From NCBI GenBank assembly GCA_902526565.1, contig CABZLP010000001.1, positions 64,361 to 128,360 on the forward strand: DNA of 64,000 nucleotides, written 5' to 3'. Within the stretch, counting starts at the first letter, position 1. Every line of letters begins with the position of its first letter. The notes beneath the pieces were generated by a model. It worked only from the letters and a program-made list of their open reading frames with translations, was not told where the DNA came from and ran no database searches. This document shows positions 62,891 through 64,000 of this stretch, in pieces. This DNA is from an uncultured Pelagibacteraceae bacterium (GTDB lineage Bacteria > Pseudomonadota > Alphaproteobacteria > Pelagibacterales > AG-422-B15). Position numbers and translations under genes: made by a program.

Positions 62891-64000
62891 ATGAGAATAA
62901 TCAATACAAAAATAATTATATTTTTACTATTCATCGCACTCAGTGCCTGCGCTCGAACACCAAATGTTATCGATGCAGAAAAATTAAATGTAAGTGTTCA
63001 AAAAGATTTATCTTTGCTTGCAGTGGAGGCACCTCTAGAAAACATAGACCTGCACACAGCAATTGCTATTGGGATTAAAAACAACCGTGACTTAAGAATA
63101 AGTGTTATGGAGTCAGCATTAGCTCAAAGGCAAAGTGATCTTCAACGATTTGATATGCTGCCTGATATTGCACTCAATGCTGGATACTCTGAGTTTAATG
63201 AATTGCAACCATCAACAAGTGTTGGCGTCGATAATGATATAGGAGATGCACCGGCATTAGATGGAACACAGTCTTATACAATTTCAAGAGATAAGGGTTT
63301 GGAAACTAGAAACATTGAATTTACTTGGAATGCACTTGACTTTGGTTTGTCCTACATTCGCGCTGGACAACAAGCGGATCGTTATTTAATTGCTAAAGAA
63401 CTTGAGAGAAAAGCAACTCAGAATATTACACGAGACATCATTCGTGCTTACTGGAAAGCACAAGCTTCGGAAAATCTCTTAAAAAAATTGAATCCTCTTC
63501 TAGAACGAGTTGAAACTGCTCTTGCAGACTCAAAATATATTGAAGAACTTCTCATATCTGCGCCTATGGACTCGTTGCTTTATCAAAAAGAATTACTTGA
63601 CGTACAGAGAACGCTACAAACTCAACAACGGGCATTAATAAATTCTAAAAATGAGCTTGCAATACTCATGGGATTACTGCCGGGGCAAAAGTTTAGTTTA
63701 TCAAGCGAAGACACTTACCTCACCAATATAAATATGCGTATAGAAACAATGGAAGAGATGGCTCTTGTTTCAAGACCTGAACTCATGGAAAGTCGATATC
63801 AAAAAAGAATTACCAGTAAGGATACTAAAGCAGCTATTTTAGGTTTGATCCCTAGTATAAAATTCAATGCCACGTATGGATATTCTGATAATGAATATTT
63901 ATTAAACCAAGATACAACAGAATACGGTGCGTCAATTGGGGCTAATCTTTTTAACGTATTTTCTTTTGGTGCCGTAAGAAAATCATCTGAAGCAAGTAAG
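62891..64000 (+). CDS. TolC/NodT-family outer-membrane efflux lipoprotein (N-terminal 370 aa; runs off the window edge)
   Basis: Not in the ORF track because it is truncated. My translation gives MRIINTKIIIFLLFIALSACARTP... (lipobox LSAC), then LHTAIAIGIKNNRDLR, LPDIALNAGYS and SRPELMESRYQ, typical of outer-membrane factor proteins. Confidence 0.8.
   Translation, partial: MRIINTKIIIFLLFIALSACARTPNVIDAEKLNVSVQKDLSLLAVEAPLENIDLHTAIAIGIKNNRDLRISVMESALAQRQSDLQRFDMLPDIALNAGYSEFNELQPSTSVGVDNDIGDAPALDGTQSYTISRDKGLETRNIEFTWNALDFGLSYIRAGQQADRYLIAKELERKATQNITRDIIRAYWKAQASENLLKKLNPLLERVETALADSKYIEELLISAPMDSLLYQKELLDVQRTLQTQQRALINSKNELAILMGLLPGQKFSLSSEDTYLTNINMRIETMEEMALVSRPELMESRYQKRITSKDTKAAILGLIPSIKFNATYGYSDNEYLLNQDTTEYGASIGANLFNVFSFGAVRKSSEASK

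Noticed and set aside
51500-64000. Firm claim that the locus lacks any ABC transporter.
   Set aside because: The claim cannot be made, because the OMF gene runs off the window edge and lapEBC-style ABC/MFP genes could follow it. The absence is therefore reported only as within the window.

Overview
This is an AT-rich, very tightly packed bacterial chromosome segment. Many genes overlap by 1-20 nt, and three convergent pairs overlap at their 3' ends.

Gene content and synteny suggest a streamlined marine-type alphaproteobacterium; this is inference, as no database was searched. The supporting blocks are ribF-ileS-lspA, hisS-hisZ-hisG, murA-DUF2948-hisD-infA-maf, and a tRNA-His without G-1.

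- **1-40.5 kb, housekeeping and small-molecule metabolism:** acyl-CoA dehydrogenase, tadA, rsmD, pgi, an SbmA/BacA-like transporter, groES/groEL, histidine genes, murA, dcd, a Rieske/M20/M24 catabolic trio, carbonic anhydrase, a YadGH-like ABC-2 exporter, DUF3604, typA, ggt, sucCD, oligopeptidase B, and tRNA-Phe, tRNA-His and tRNA-Thr.
- **40.5-51.5 kb, urea module:** a complete urtABCDE transporter divergent from ureDABCEFG.
- **51.5-64 kb, accessory locus and the most interesting part:** a 2342-aa DUF4347/VCBS-repeat giant protein is co-transcribed with three different membrane-fusion-type proteins. One of these is fused to a site-2-protease (M50)-like membrane domain. The operon is divergent from a TolC/NodT-like outer-membrane lipoprotein gene that runs off the window edge. 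No ABC, RND or MFS energiser is visible inside the window.

No CRISPR array, IS element, integrase or prophage gene was seen.
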